DNA of 64,000 bases from Candidatus Latescibacterota bacterium (lineage in GTDB: Bacteria > Latescibacterota > UBA2968 > UBA8231): NCBI GenBank assembly GCA_965204725.1, contig OZ242005.1, forward strand, positions 3,136,001 to 3,200,000. Direction: 5' to 3'. A program made the position numbers and the translations under genes. The notes under the pieces were generated by a model. That model ran no database searches. It was not told the origin of the DNA and saw only the letters and a program-made list of their open reading frames with translations. Every line of letters begins with the position of its first letter. Positions within the stretch are counted from its first letter, which is position 1. Below, in pieces: positions 8,039 to 16,855 of this stretch.

Positions 8039-9463
8039 ATGAATTCATTGTATTTGCCCCCAATAAGGCGCAAAGGGTTTGCTGTTTTCCTAGCGGCCCA
8101 AGCCGCGATCTTGGCCGGTGTTCTCTTTTTGCCCCGCGAAGAGGTGTTATGGGGCTTGGGGGGCGCGGTGCTCGTGCTCGTCCTCCTCCTCCTGATCGTA
8201 TATCCTTGGCTCGTGCTCCCGGTAATCATTGCGACTACGGCCTTGGATTCGGCCGGGCGCGTCATCCAAACAACGGCCCTCGGGTTACCAGTAACCGGCT
8301 TTCACCTGTCGTTTGTCCTGCTGTGCGTCGCCTTAGCCAGCCACATTTTCCTGCAAAAGCGCCGTACTTTCCCGCCGCTCGAAATACAAGCACCCCTCAT
8401 GCTGTTTCTCGGTTGTATGGCCGTCTCCCTGACCTATTCGCCCAATCAACCCGAAGCCACGATTAGTTTTTTTCGCATCGCCTTTCTCGCCTTGTTTCTC
8501 TATATAACCCAAATTCTCATTGACTCGCGTCGCGTTCTCAACCTGACGATCGCGTCGCTGGGCGTCGTCTTGACGGGGGCCTCCATTCTGGCCGTGTTCC
8601 AGATTATCTCGGAGCGGTTCTACCTGCCGGCGAGCGTGGTTTCTAGCGTGGGCGCCAACATGCCGCGCGCTTCTGGTACCTATCACAATCCCAACATCTT
8701 CGGCACCTTTCTCGTCGTGGGCATCCTCTTTATGGCCGGGATTTTCCTCGTGCCCAAGCTGCGCTGGTGGAAGCGGCTCTTGTTGCTGCTGGCCATTGGG
8801 CTGGGGGCCACGGCACTGGTCATCACCTTCAGCCGCGGCAATTGGGTCGCGCTGTTCGTCGGCGTAGTCGTGCTGCTGTTTTTGGCCGGTAAGCTGCGCT
8901 ATCTCTTTTACGTCGCGGTCTCGTTTTGCGCCGCCATCTTGATCGTCAAGAACTACGTCCCTTTTGCCGCGTACATTTTCGAGCGGTTCTATTCCATCTT
9001 CTCGCTGTTTGCGGAGTTTGGGGCCGACAGCCGGGCTTCGAGTACCGCGCGAGTCTATTTCGCCATCGCCGGGTTTAAGATGTTCTTGGCGCATCCCTTG
9101 CTCGGGGTCGGCTGGCGCGCTTTTCCGGTCGTCTTTGAAGACTACAAGCCAGAAGGTTTCCCCCACTGGCTGCCGACGCGCGAGTCGCATACCCTGTTTG
9201 CGACGATCATCGCCGAGCTCGGGCTCGTGGGGCTGCTCGCCGCGGCTTGGGTCGCTTGGCGCATCTTGGCTTTTTCCCTGTACCACATAAGGCATATACA
9301 GGACGAGTACTTGCGCGGTGTGATGATCGCGCTCGTCTCGACCTTCGTCGCCTTTCAGGTCAGCCTCACCTTCACCGGCGAGTTTGCCAACAATTTCTTG
9401 TGGATGTTCACGGGCATCGCGTTTGCCGTGCCCGCCCTAGAAAAACGCGAGGCGCCTACGTGA
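8039..9463 (+). CDS. O-antigen ligase / Wzy_C family membrane protein
   Basis: Multi-TM; RASGTYHNPN, TFSRG, HPLLGVG, ESHT...AELGLVG. Confidence 0.85.
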   Translation: MNSLYLPPIRRKGFAVFLAAQAAILAGVLFLPREEVLWGLGGAVLVLVLLLLIVYPWLVLPVIIATTALDSAGRVIQTTALGLPVTGFHLSFVLLCVALASHIFLQKRRTFPPLEIQAPLMLFLGCMAVSLTYSPNQPEATISFFRIAFLALFLYITQILIDSRRVLNLTIASLGVVLTGASILAVFQIISERFYLPASVVSSVGANMPRASGTYHNPNIFGTFLVVGILFMAGIFLVPKLRWWKRLLLLLAIGLGATALVITFSRGNWVALFVGVVVLLFLAGKLRYLFYVAVSFCAAILIVKNYVPFAAYIFERFYSIFSLFAEFGADSRASSTARVYFAIAGFKMFLAHPLLGVGWRAFPVVFEDYKPEGFPHWLPTRESHTLFATIIAELGLVGLLAAAWVAWRILAFSLYHIRHIQDEYLRGVMIALVSTFVAFQVSLTFTGEFANNFLWMFTGIAFAVPALEKREAPT

Positions 9464-10632
9464 AGGTCTTAGTACTGTCGCATTTGTATCCCAATCCCAT
9501 TGCCAAAATGTCCGGCCGTTTCGTCCACAACCAGTTGCGCCTCCTCAAGGATCATTGTCAGGTGGAGGTCGTCTCCCCGGTGCCTTGGTTTCCCTTGCCG
9601 GGGTTTGGTTTGTGGAGTGCCTACCGCCGCATCCCCCACGTCGATGTGCTAGACGGAATTCGGGTGCGGTATCCTCGCCGCTTCGCCCTGCCGCGCCGGG
9701 TTCTCTTTACTAAGTTGTGGCGTTTTCAGCTCAGGGCTTTGCTCAACTCGGTTGCGCGGGTGCCAGACCTCATACACGCGCACTGCGCCTATCCCGATGG
9801 CCGGGCCGCTATTGAGTACGGCGCGCAAACCGGGCGGCCAGTCGTCATCACGGTCCACGGTTCCGACATTAAGGTCTTGCCCAAGCTCAAGTCCGAGTTG
9901 CGGCAACGGATCGTTGAGGCCCTGACGCAAGCTGCGGCCGTTGTCGCCGTTAGCCAAGAGCTGCGCCGGGCGGTCGTGCAGTTGGGCGTCCCGGCCGACC
10001 GGGTGTTCTGCATTCCCAATGGCGTTGACTGCCGGCTCTTTTCGGCGACCGGGGCGCGCCAGCCCGGTAAGGATGGGTGGCGCCTGCTTTATGTGGGTCG
10101 ATTTGTCGAGGCCAAGGGATTGCGCGTCTTGCTGGCGGCGCTGGCTAAAGTGCGGAGTCAAGGCCGCGACGTCTCCCTGACCTTGGTCGGTGGCCACCCG
10201 GCGACTGGGACGGCCCATCCTTTCCTAGCTCAAGTCGAAGCCTTGAATCTGTCCGCGCATGTGTCGTTTGCGGACGCGGTTCCTTGGGAGGACCTGCCTC
10301 AGTACATGGCCGCGGCCGATTTGTTCGTCCTGCCCAGTTTTAGCGAGGGCCTGACCACGTCGCTCGTCGAGGCCATGGCCTGTGGCCTGCCGGTAGTCGC
10401 CACGCGCTGCGGCGGGCCGGAAGAGGTTGTCAATGCGGAGGTCGGACGGCTGGTGGCGGTTGGCGACGCGGAGGACTTGGCAGCGGGCATTCTTGCGGTC
10501 CTAGACGAATACGATGGCTACGACCGCGAGGCGATCAGCCGGCAGGCCGAGGCGCGCTACGACTATCGTCGGTTGGCGGCGCGGATCTACGCGCTGTACG
10601 AGGATGTGCTAGCGGCCGATGAGCGTCGGTGA
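9460..10632 (+). CDS. Glycosyltransferase family 4
   Basis: GTG start overlaps the upstream stop; TVHGSD, IPNGVD, LPSFSEG...EAMACGLPVV. Confidence 0.9.
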   Translation: MKVLVLSHLYPNPIAKMSGRFVHNQLRLLKDHCQVEVVSPVPWFPLPGFGLWSAYRRIPHVDVLDGIRVRYPRRFALPRRVLFTKLWRFQLRALLNSVARVPDLIHAHCAYPDGRAAIEYGAQTGRPVVITVHGSDIKVLPKLKSELRQRIVEALTQAAAVVAVSQELRRAVVQLGVPADRVFCIPNGVDCRLFSATGARQPGKDGWRLLYVGRFVEAKGLRVLLAALAKVRSQGRDVSLTLVGGHPATGTAHPFLAQVEALNLSAHVSFADAVPWEDLPQYMAAADLFVLPSFSEGLTTSLVEAMACGLPVVATRCGGPEEVVNAEVGRLVAVGDAEDLAAGILAVLDEYDGYDREAISRQAEARYDYRRLAARIYALYEDVLAADERR

Positions 10633-10654
10633 ACGCCGATGGGAGCGCGGGCGT

Positions 10655-12847
10655 CTAAGGCAGCTTGGTCGTCTTTTTCGCTTCTACCTGTCCGTCGATT
10701 TCGACCTGATAGAGATACACGCCGGCGGCCACGTCTTTGCCCGCCTCGTCGCGGCCATCCCACACCAACCGATGGCTGCCCGCTCCCAGTGGCCCCTGCC
10801 ACACCTGACGCACGCGACGACCTAGCACATCGTACACCGTCAGCGATACGCTCCCCGCGTCCGTTGCCAAATCAAGGGGCAGCACGACCGTCGGATTGAA
10901 CGGATTGGGATAGCTGTCGCCCAGCCGATGCTGTGCCGGTCGTGTTGCCGCCGCTGTCTGCACGGCGGTCATCTGCCCGCTTAGCGGATTCTTGAGCACA
11001 TGGACGCCCTCTAAAGCCCGATCCAACACCACCAAATCCACATCGCCGTCACCATCAACGTCTCCGGGCAGCACTGCCACGCCATTCCCTTCCAAGCCCG
11101 ACGGCACATCCCCGGCTTCCAAGCGCTCCACACCTGCGCCACTCAAGAGATGCCACTCCACCGCTTGGCTCGGATGCAAGCCGCCGCCCCAGACGATGAA
11201 CACGCCGAAACCCAACGCATAATCTCCACCGATAAACACCCAATCGTCCAACCCGTCGGCATTCAGGTCGCGCACCACCACCGGCGAAAGCAGGAACAGA
11301 TTCTCATCATAAATCACCTCTTGCTTTAATCCATCGGGGCGGCTACTCCACACGGCCAAGCCCTTACGCTGCTCTTGGAAGTCCTCGCGGAAGCCGGCTA
11401 GTAAGTCCACCTGTCCATCGCCATCGAAATCGCCGGCTTGACCGGCGAGGAGAGAAAACGGCATGACCTTCTCAAATAGTGCCCCCTGTGTCGGATCGGC
11501 CCCTAAGACAGCGGCGCGAAACGAGATGGGTTGTTCAAACAGTTCCGGCCACGACAAATCGGCCGGTCCCCATAGCACTTCCAGCGTCCCATCGCCGGTA
11601 AAATCGCCGATCTGATGCGCCCACGACAGCCCGGAAGCCGGGGCGGGCACCGGCCACTCGGAGAACGTCCACGCGCCCTTTTCCCAGTCCCATACCTCCC
11701 AAAACGGTTCGTCCTCGTCCACGGATTGGGCAAACACTTCCGCCTGCCCATCGCCATCCCAATCGACTACATCCACCAATCGACGATTGGACTTCTGCAT
11801 GAGGGGTTCGATCTGGAACTCCGCTGGGACAGCCCACACGCCGAGGTCCCACCGTTCCCACCTTTCAAAACCCAGTACGATTTCGTCTTGACCATCGCCG
11901 GTCACATCGCCGACGTGTACTCTTCGATCATACATTAGCTCTTCTAACGTCTCGATGCGTATGGTCTCAAACGCGCCCTGTCCGTTGTTGCGTGCCATGA
12001 CCCAGCCGCCCTCGATCCCCCCCCAGAAAGAGAACAGATCGAGGTCGCCATCCCCATCTAAGTCGGTCAAAACCTCTTCTTGGGCATCGCCTAAGAGCCG
12101 AAAGGGTCCTAAGTCCCGCACAATCGGATAGAATACCGGCGGGGCAAACACCTTCGGCCCTTCAACGCCTAGGTCGAATACCGGCGGCCGAGGCAATTCG
12201 CCCTGTAACACCTCTTCGACGCCGGTCAACTCAATCCAATCCACTTCCAAAGCCGACACCTTCGTCGAAGCAGGCCGGTCCGGCGGCGACTCCGTCATAA
12301 ACTCCACGACAAAACTCAGGCGAATATCATCTAACAACCCCTCCCATAAGGGATAGTACCCAAACAAATTCTCCTCCAAGTCGGCCAACGAAAACTCGAA
12401 CTCCTGCCATTCGGTCGTATATAACAACTCGCCGTAGGTCCCGTTTGCGGGAAGAGAAAACCGACCTCTTTTCGGCAGAGGGTCACCCCCCGGAAACATG
12501 AGGTTGTGTTCATTGGTCCATCGGAGGAGTAAGGCTCCTATCGTCGGACTAGGATGGACCGTGCGGAAGCGCACCCGCACTCGGTCGAAAAGGTACGAGT
12601 CATGGCCGATCGTCGGCGAAATCAAGGTGACCCCGGAGCCGCTGTCGCCGTCGGTACGAAAGGCACTAATCCGCCACACGCCTGCTTCGACCGCCCCAGA
12701 TAACGAAAAAAATAGATGATTCCCCCCGGCACTACCGGGTTTTTTGGCTCCCCATCCCTGCGTCGTCCCGTCGTCAAAATCCCACCGGATCGCCGTCGCC
12801 GGGCTACTCAACAGCACCGTCCCTGCACATAAGAAAATGAGCAACAC
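10655..12847 (-). CDS. Secreted FG-GAP/VCBS repeat protein with FlgD-Ig (T9SS-type) C-terminal domain, intact copy
   Basis: Signal peptide; several DxDGDGxxD repeats; YPNPFNP...VYDVLGR...WDGRD..G.DVAAGVY; AGGAGG RBS. Confidence 0.85.
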   Translation of the reverse strand: MLLIFLCAGTVLLSSPATAIRWDFDDGTTQGWGAKKPGSAGGNHLFFSLSGAVEAGVWRISAFRTDGDSGSGVTLISPTIGHDSYLFDRVRVRFRTVHPSPTIGALLLRWTNEHNLMFPGGDPLPKRGRFSLPANGTYGELLYTTEWQEFEFSLADLEENLFGYYPLWEGLLDDIRLSFVVEFMTESPPDRPASTKVSALEVDWIELTGVEEVLQGELPRPPVFDLGVEGPKVFAPPVFYPIVRDLGPFRLLGDAQEEVLTDLDGDGDLDLFSFWGGIEGGWVMARNNGQGAFETIRIETLEELMYDRRVHVGDVTGDGQDEIVLGFERWERWDLGVWAVPAEFQIEPLMQKSNRRLVDVVDWDGDGQAEVFAQSVDEDEPFWEVWDWEKGAWTFSEWPVPAPASGLSWAHQIGDFTGDGTLEVLWGPADLSWPELFEQPISFRAAVLGADPTQGALFEKVMPFSLLAGQAGDFDGDGQVDLLAGFREDFQEQRKGLAVWSSRPDGLKQEVIYDENLFLLSPVVVRDLNADGLDDWVFIGGDYALGFGVFIVWGGGLHPSQAVEWHLLSGAGVERLEAGDVPSGLEGNGVAVLPGDVDGDGDVDLVVLDRALEGVHVLKNPLSGQMTAVQTAAATRPAQHRLGDSYPNPFNPTVVLPLDLATDAGSVSLTVYDVLGRRVRQVWQGPLGAGSHRLVWDGRDEAGKDVAAGVYLYQVEIDGQVEAKKTTKLP

Positions 12848-12929
12848 GACAGCACCTCCTGTCTATAACTTGAACTTGAGTTGGTGGTGAAACTGGAATA
12901 AGGCGCGATGAGTACCCTCTGCAGCGTTA

Positions 12930-13069
12930 GAAGCCGTCTTAAAACCCGCGCCGGCCGGTCTCAAGGAGTGTCGAGAAGCCCAAAAGCAAGTGTTGCCCGA
13001 AGGCGAGACGCCCTCGGTTCCAAGCTCTTTTCTCGCTCAAAGGACGGCATGAGGAATTAAAACGGCTTC
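12930..13069. mobile_element. 140-bp MITE-like element flanked by TA
   Basis: Inverted repeats GTTAGAAGCCGTCTTAA (12926-12942) and TTAAAACGGCTTCTAAC (13057-13073), 16/17 match; no transposase. Confidence 0.65.
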
Positions 13070-13097
13070 TAACTATCTACCAAGAGGTATCAGATGA

Positions 13098-13319
13098 TTA
13101 TGTCGTGCACCACCCGTGCCCGGATTTGTCATAGCAATATATCGGCCTAGTCGAATCACGGCATTTTTCAGGGTCGGGGTAGCAGGCAACAATGCGGTTC
13201 CGAGGACCTTCTGCTTCGGCCTCCTTGCCTCCGAGCAGGACTGCGATCCACGTGAGGGCACTGATGACCCAACCGAGGGCCAGCCCCTGCCGAGCCGGTG
13301 CCAAGCCGCTCGACGACAT
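13098..13319 (-). CDS. Putative small secreted Cys-rich peptide (alternative start 13343)
   Basis: GAGGG RBS; hydrophobic stretch LALGWVISALTWIAVLLGG, AEA cleavage-like site, then a 37-aa core with 4 Cys. Confidence 0.5.
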   Translation of the reverse strand: MSSSGLAPARQGLALGWVISALTWIAVLLGGKEAEAEGPRNRIVACYPDPEKCRDSTRPIYCYDKSGHGWCTT

Positions 13320-13355
13320 GAAGAATTCCCTCAAGCTCTGCATGATTCTCTTCTC

Positions 13356-15220
13356 TTAATCTACCTGTCCGTTGATTTCGACCCGATAGATGTACACGCC
13401 GGCGGCCACGTCTTTGCCCGCCTCGTCGCGACCATCCCATACCAACCGATGGCTGCCCGCCCCCAGCGGCCCCTGCCACACCTGACGCACTTGACGACCT
13501 AGCACATCGTACACGGTCAGCGACACGCGCTCCGCGTCCGTTGCCAAATTAAGAGGCAGCACCACCGCCGGATTGAACGGATTGGGATAGCTGTCGCCCA
13601 GCCGATGTTGCGCCGGCAGGACTGCCGCTGGCGTCAGCACGGCGGTCATCTGCCCACTTAGCGGATTCTTGAGGACATGCACACCTCCTAAGGCATGATC
13701 CAACACCACTAAATCCACATCGCCGTCCCCATCGACATCGCCGGGCAACACCGAGACGCCATTCCCTTCCAAGCCCGACGGCACATCCCCGGCTTCCAAG
13801 CGCTCCACGCCCGCGCCACTCAAGCGATGCCATTCCACCGCTCCATTAGGATGCAGGCCACCACCCCAGACGACGAACACGCCAAAACCCAACGCATAGT
13901 CCCCGCCGACGAACACCCAATCGTCCAACCCGTCGGCATTCAGGTCGCACACCACCACCGACGAGCGCAGAAACAGATACTCATCATAGAGCACCGTTTT
14001 TCTTATTCCATCGGGGCGGGAACCGGCCACTCGGAGAACGTCCACACGCCGTTTACGAGGTCCCACCCTTCCAAAAAAGAGTCGTCCTCGTCCACAGGTT
14101 GAGCAAACACTTCCATCTGCCCATCACCATCCCAATCGGCTAAACCTACCAATCGACGATTGGGCTTCTGCACGAGTTGCTGAAACCGGAACTCTTCTCC
14201 GACAGACCAAACTCCGAGGTCCGACCTTTCGAGGCTCATCACCATTTCGGCGCGACCATCGCCGGTCACATCGCCGACAGATAGACTCGGATAATACGAT
14301 AGGTCCGCCAGCGGCTCGGCGCGGACGGTTTCAAACGCGCCCTCTCCGTTGTTGCGCGCCATGACCCAGCCGCCGAGTTGCTCCTCTAGCAGCCAGAAGA
14401 AGGCGCACAGATCGAGGTCGCCATCGCCATCTAAATCGGTCAAGACCCCTTGTTGGGCGTCGCCTAAGAGACGAAATAAGCCTAAGCCTCGCGCAATCGG
14501 ATAGAACACCGGCGGCGCAAAAACCGTAGGGCCTTCAACGCCCAGGTCGAATACCGGCGGCCGAGGCAATTCGCCCTGTAGCACCTCTTCCACCCCGGTC
14601 AACTCAATCCAATCCACTTCCAAGGCTGACACCTTCGTCGAAGCAGGCCGATCCGGCGGCGACTCCGTCATAAACTCCACGACAAAACTCAGTCGAATAT
14701 CATCCAACAACCCTTCCCATAAGGGATAGTACCCGAAGAAATTCTCCTTCATATCGGTCAACGAAAACTCGAACTCCTGCCATTCGGTCGTGTATAACAA
14801 CTCGCCGTAGGTCCCGTTTGCGCTAAGAGAAAACCGACCCCTTTTCGGCAGAGGGTCACCCCCCGGAAACATGAGGTTGTGTTCATTGGTCCATCGGAGG
14901 AGTAAGGCTCCTATCGTTGGACTAAGATGGACCGTGCGGAACCGCACCCGCACCCGGTCGAAAAGGTACGAGTCATGGCCGATCGTCGGAGAAATCAAGG
15001 TGACCCCGGAGCCGCTGTCGCCGTCGGTGCGAAAGGCATCAATCCGCCACACCCCCACTTCGACCGCGCCAGACAATGGGTGAAATTGATGATCCCCCCC
15101 GGCACTACCGGGTTTTTTGGCTCCCCATCCCTGCGTCGTCCCGTCGTCGAAATCCCACCGGATCGCCGTGGCCGGGCTACTCAACAGCACCATCCCTGCA
15201 CATAAGAAAATGAGCAACAC
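13356..15220 (-). pseudogene. Second FG-GAP/FlgD paralog, frameshifted by an internal deletion and C-terminally clipped
   Basis: ORFs 14003-15220 and 13356-14066 match the N and C parts of 10655-12847; junction at cggggcgg 14012-14019. Confidence 0.85.
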
Positions 15221-15232
15221 GACAGCACCTCC

Positions 15233-16372
15233 TATAGCGATCCGAAATGACTTGAAAGATTTAGGTCTGCTTTTTATTTTGTCGTCTGGTTTTCTATCGT
15301 CCTCTTTTTTCGGCGTGTTTTGGTATGGATTCGGATTCGTCCTTAGCCGCGTTTATCGCTAGCAACCCCGATGCCCGTGAACTCAAACGTGCGTTAGCGG
15401 TTCAGATGACCTTGTTGGGCTTCAAACAACGTAGGATTCAAGCGGTTCTCGGCGTTCAGTCGGGCTTCATCAGTACGTGGAAAAAGCGCTATTTATCCGA
15501 GGGGGTCGCCTGCTTTCGTTTGGGCTATAAAGGCTCGCAACCCTATTTGTCGGCCGATCCGCGCGCCTAACTCACCCCGTGGTTGGCAAGCCAATCGCAG
15601 CCTTCGGTGGCGTCGTCAGCCTCCTATATCCAAAGGCCGTTTGGCGTGGTCTTTCGCTCCTCGCAGAGTTATTACGATCTGCTTTCGCAGGCGGGCTATC
15701 GTTGGAAAAAGACCCAAGCTCGTTCGCCCCAAGCCGACCCCCAAGCGGGGATCGCACGGCGCGCCGAGATAAAAAAACTAGCCGCGCATAAGGAGGACCT
15801 CCAAGCGGGTCGTCTCCGTGCCTTTTTTGTCGACGAGTCGCACCTACACTGGGGCGATGCCTGTGGGTATGCTTGGGGACGGTCGGGTCAACGGCGTACG
15901 GTGTGCATTGAAAATGAACGGCAACGGCAAACCTATTATGGGGCCTTGGATGGGGTTAAGGGCACCTTCCTCATGCAAAGCTACCCGAAGGCGAATTCAC
16001 AGCATACGGTGGACTTTATACGCTATATACAACAGCGTCGTCCCGGTCAGCAGGTGTTGATCTTTTGGGATGGGGCGTCCTACCATTATCAACAGGCCAT
16101 GCGGGCTTTTCTCAAAACAATCCAAGCACACCGACCGACCGATGAATGGAAGGTACGCTGTATGCGATGTAGCCCCTTATACACCACAAGAAAATCCCAT
16201 CGAAGATATTTGGTTAAAAGGGAAAACCTTTGTGCGTACTCATGCGTTGTGGACCACAAGCTTTGAACAGATCAAAGACCTATTTGTCGAGGGCATTCGA
16301 CAGAAAAAATACTTCCATTTTCCTAAGTTACAGCAATATATAACATCTCTTAAATGATGTAGAATTGCTATA
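15233..16372 (+). mobile_element. Decayed IS630-family insertion sequence
   Basis: HTH region plus DDE motifs (FFVDESHL, IFWDGASYH, PYTPQENPIE); in-frame TAA at 15568-15570; frameshift near 16170; TA-flanked imperfect TIRs TATAGCGATCCGAAATGA / TGATGTAGAATTGCTATA. Confidence 0.9.
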
Positions 16373-16719
16373 GCTTCGTAGAAACCACCAGAAACGCTAC
16401 GATCAAGGAGATCCGTTTTGCTGGCATCCCCAGAAGAGTTTGTTACAATTTGGTCGGCATCGGTTACTTCCCAAACACCATCATTAAGCAACCGCCAAAA
16501 TGGATACTGGGTTCCTTGCTTTAGTCGTCTAGGGCTAAACTCCTATAGTAGTTTCCCAAGTCCCTCATCTACTTCGGAGTATGGAATGAGCCGGCTTTCG
16601 CCACGCAGCAACTTTCCAATTGCATATAGAACCAGCAGGGGTTTGTGCGGTGCCCTTTTTCCCGCACTTCTCCACACACCCAAACTCTCAAACTTCTGAA
16701 TGATTAACTTTCGGTCCAT
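16371..16719 (-). pseudogene. N-terminal sulfur-binding domain of a phosphorothioate-dependent (SBD-HNH type) restriction endonuclease, with an internal stop and truncated by IS630
   Basis: Manual translation: MDRKL...KRAPHKPLLVLYAIG...GKLL*EF...QYPFWRLLNDGVWEV...GGFYEA; TAG at 16545-16543. Confidence 0.7.
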
Positions 16720-16855
16720 TTTTTTAGTTACTAATCAAGGGTGCTAGTGGATTGATCGTGGTCTAGGTAAGTTCCCATGCTGAGAGTTTAAGCTTCACAG
16801 TGTTACGCCCGAATCAAGCCATTCGCCCAAGGAGCGTCAACCCAAAGGCCGCGAC

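Noticed and set aside
14003-14066. Programmed ribosomal frameshift joining the two ORFs
   Set aside because: Fully explained by the 304-bp deletion at a microhomology; no slippery site
10655-15220. DGR-type diversification of the FG-GAP paralogs
   Set aside because: No reverse transcriptase; the differences include indels and all base types
16543-16545. Stop-codon read-through (pyrrolysine or recoding) of the in-frame TAG
   Set aside because: TAG is a normal stop for many genes in the window, and this gene is also IS-truncated, so decay is the simpler explanation
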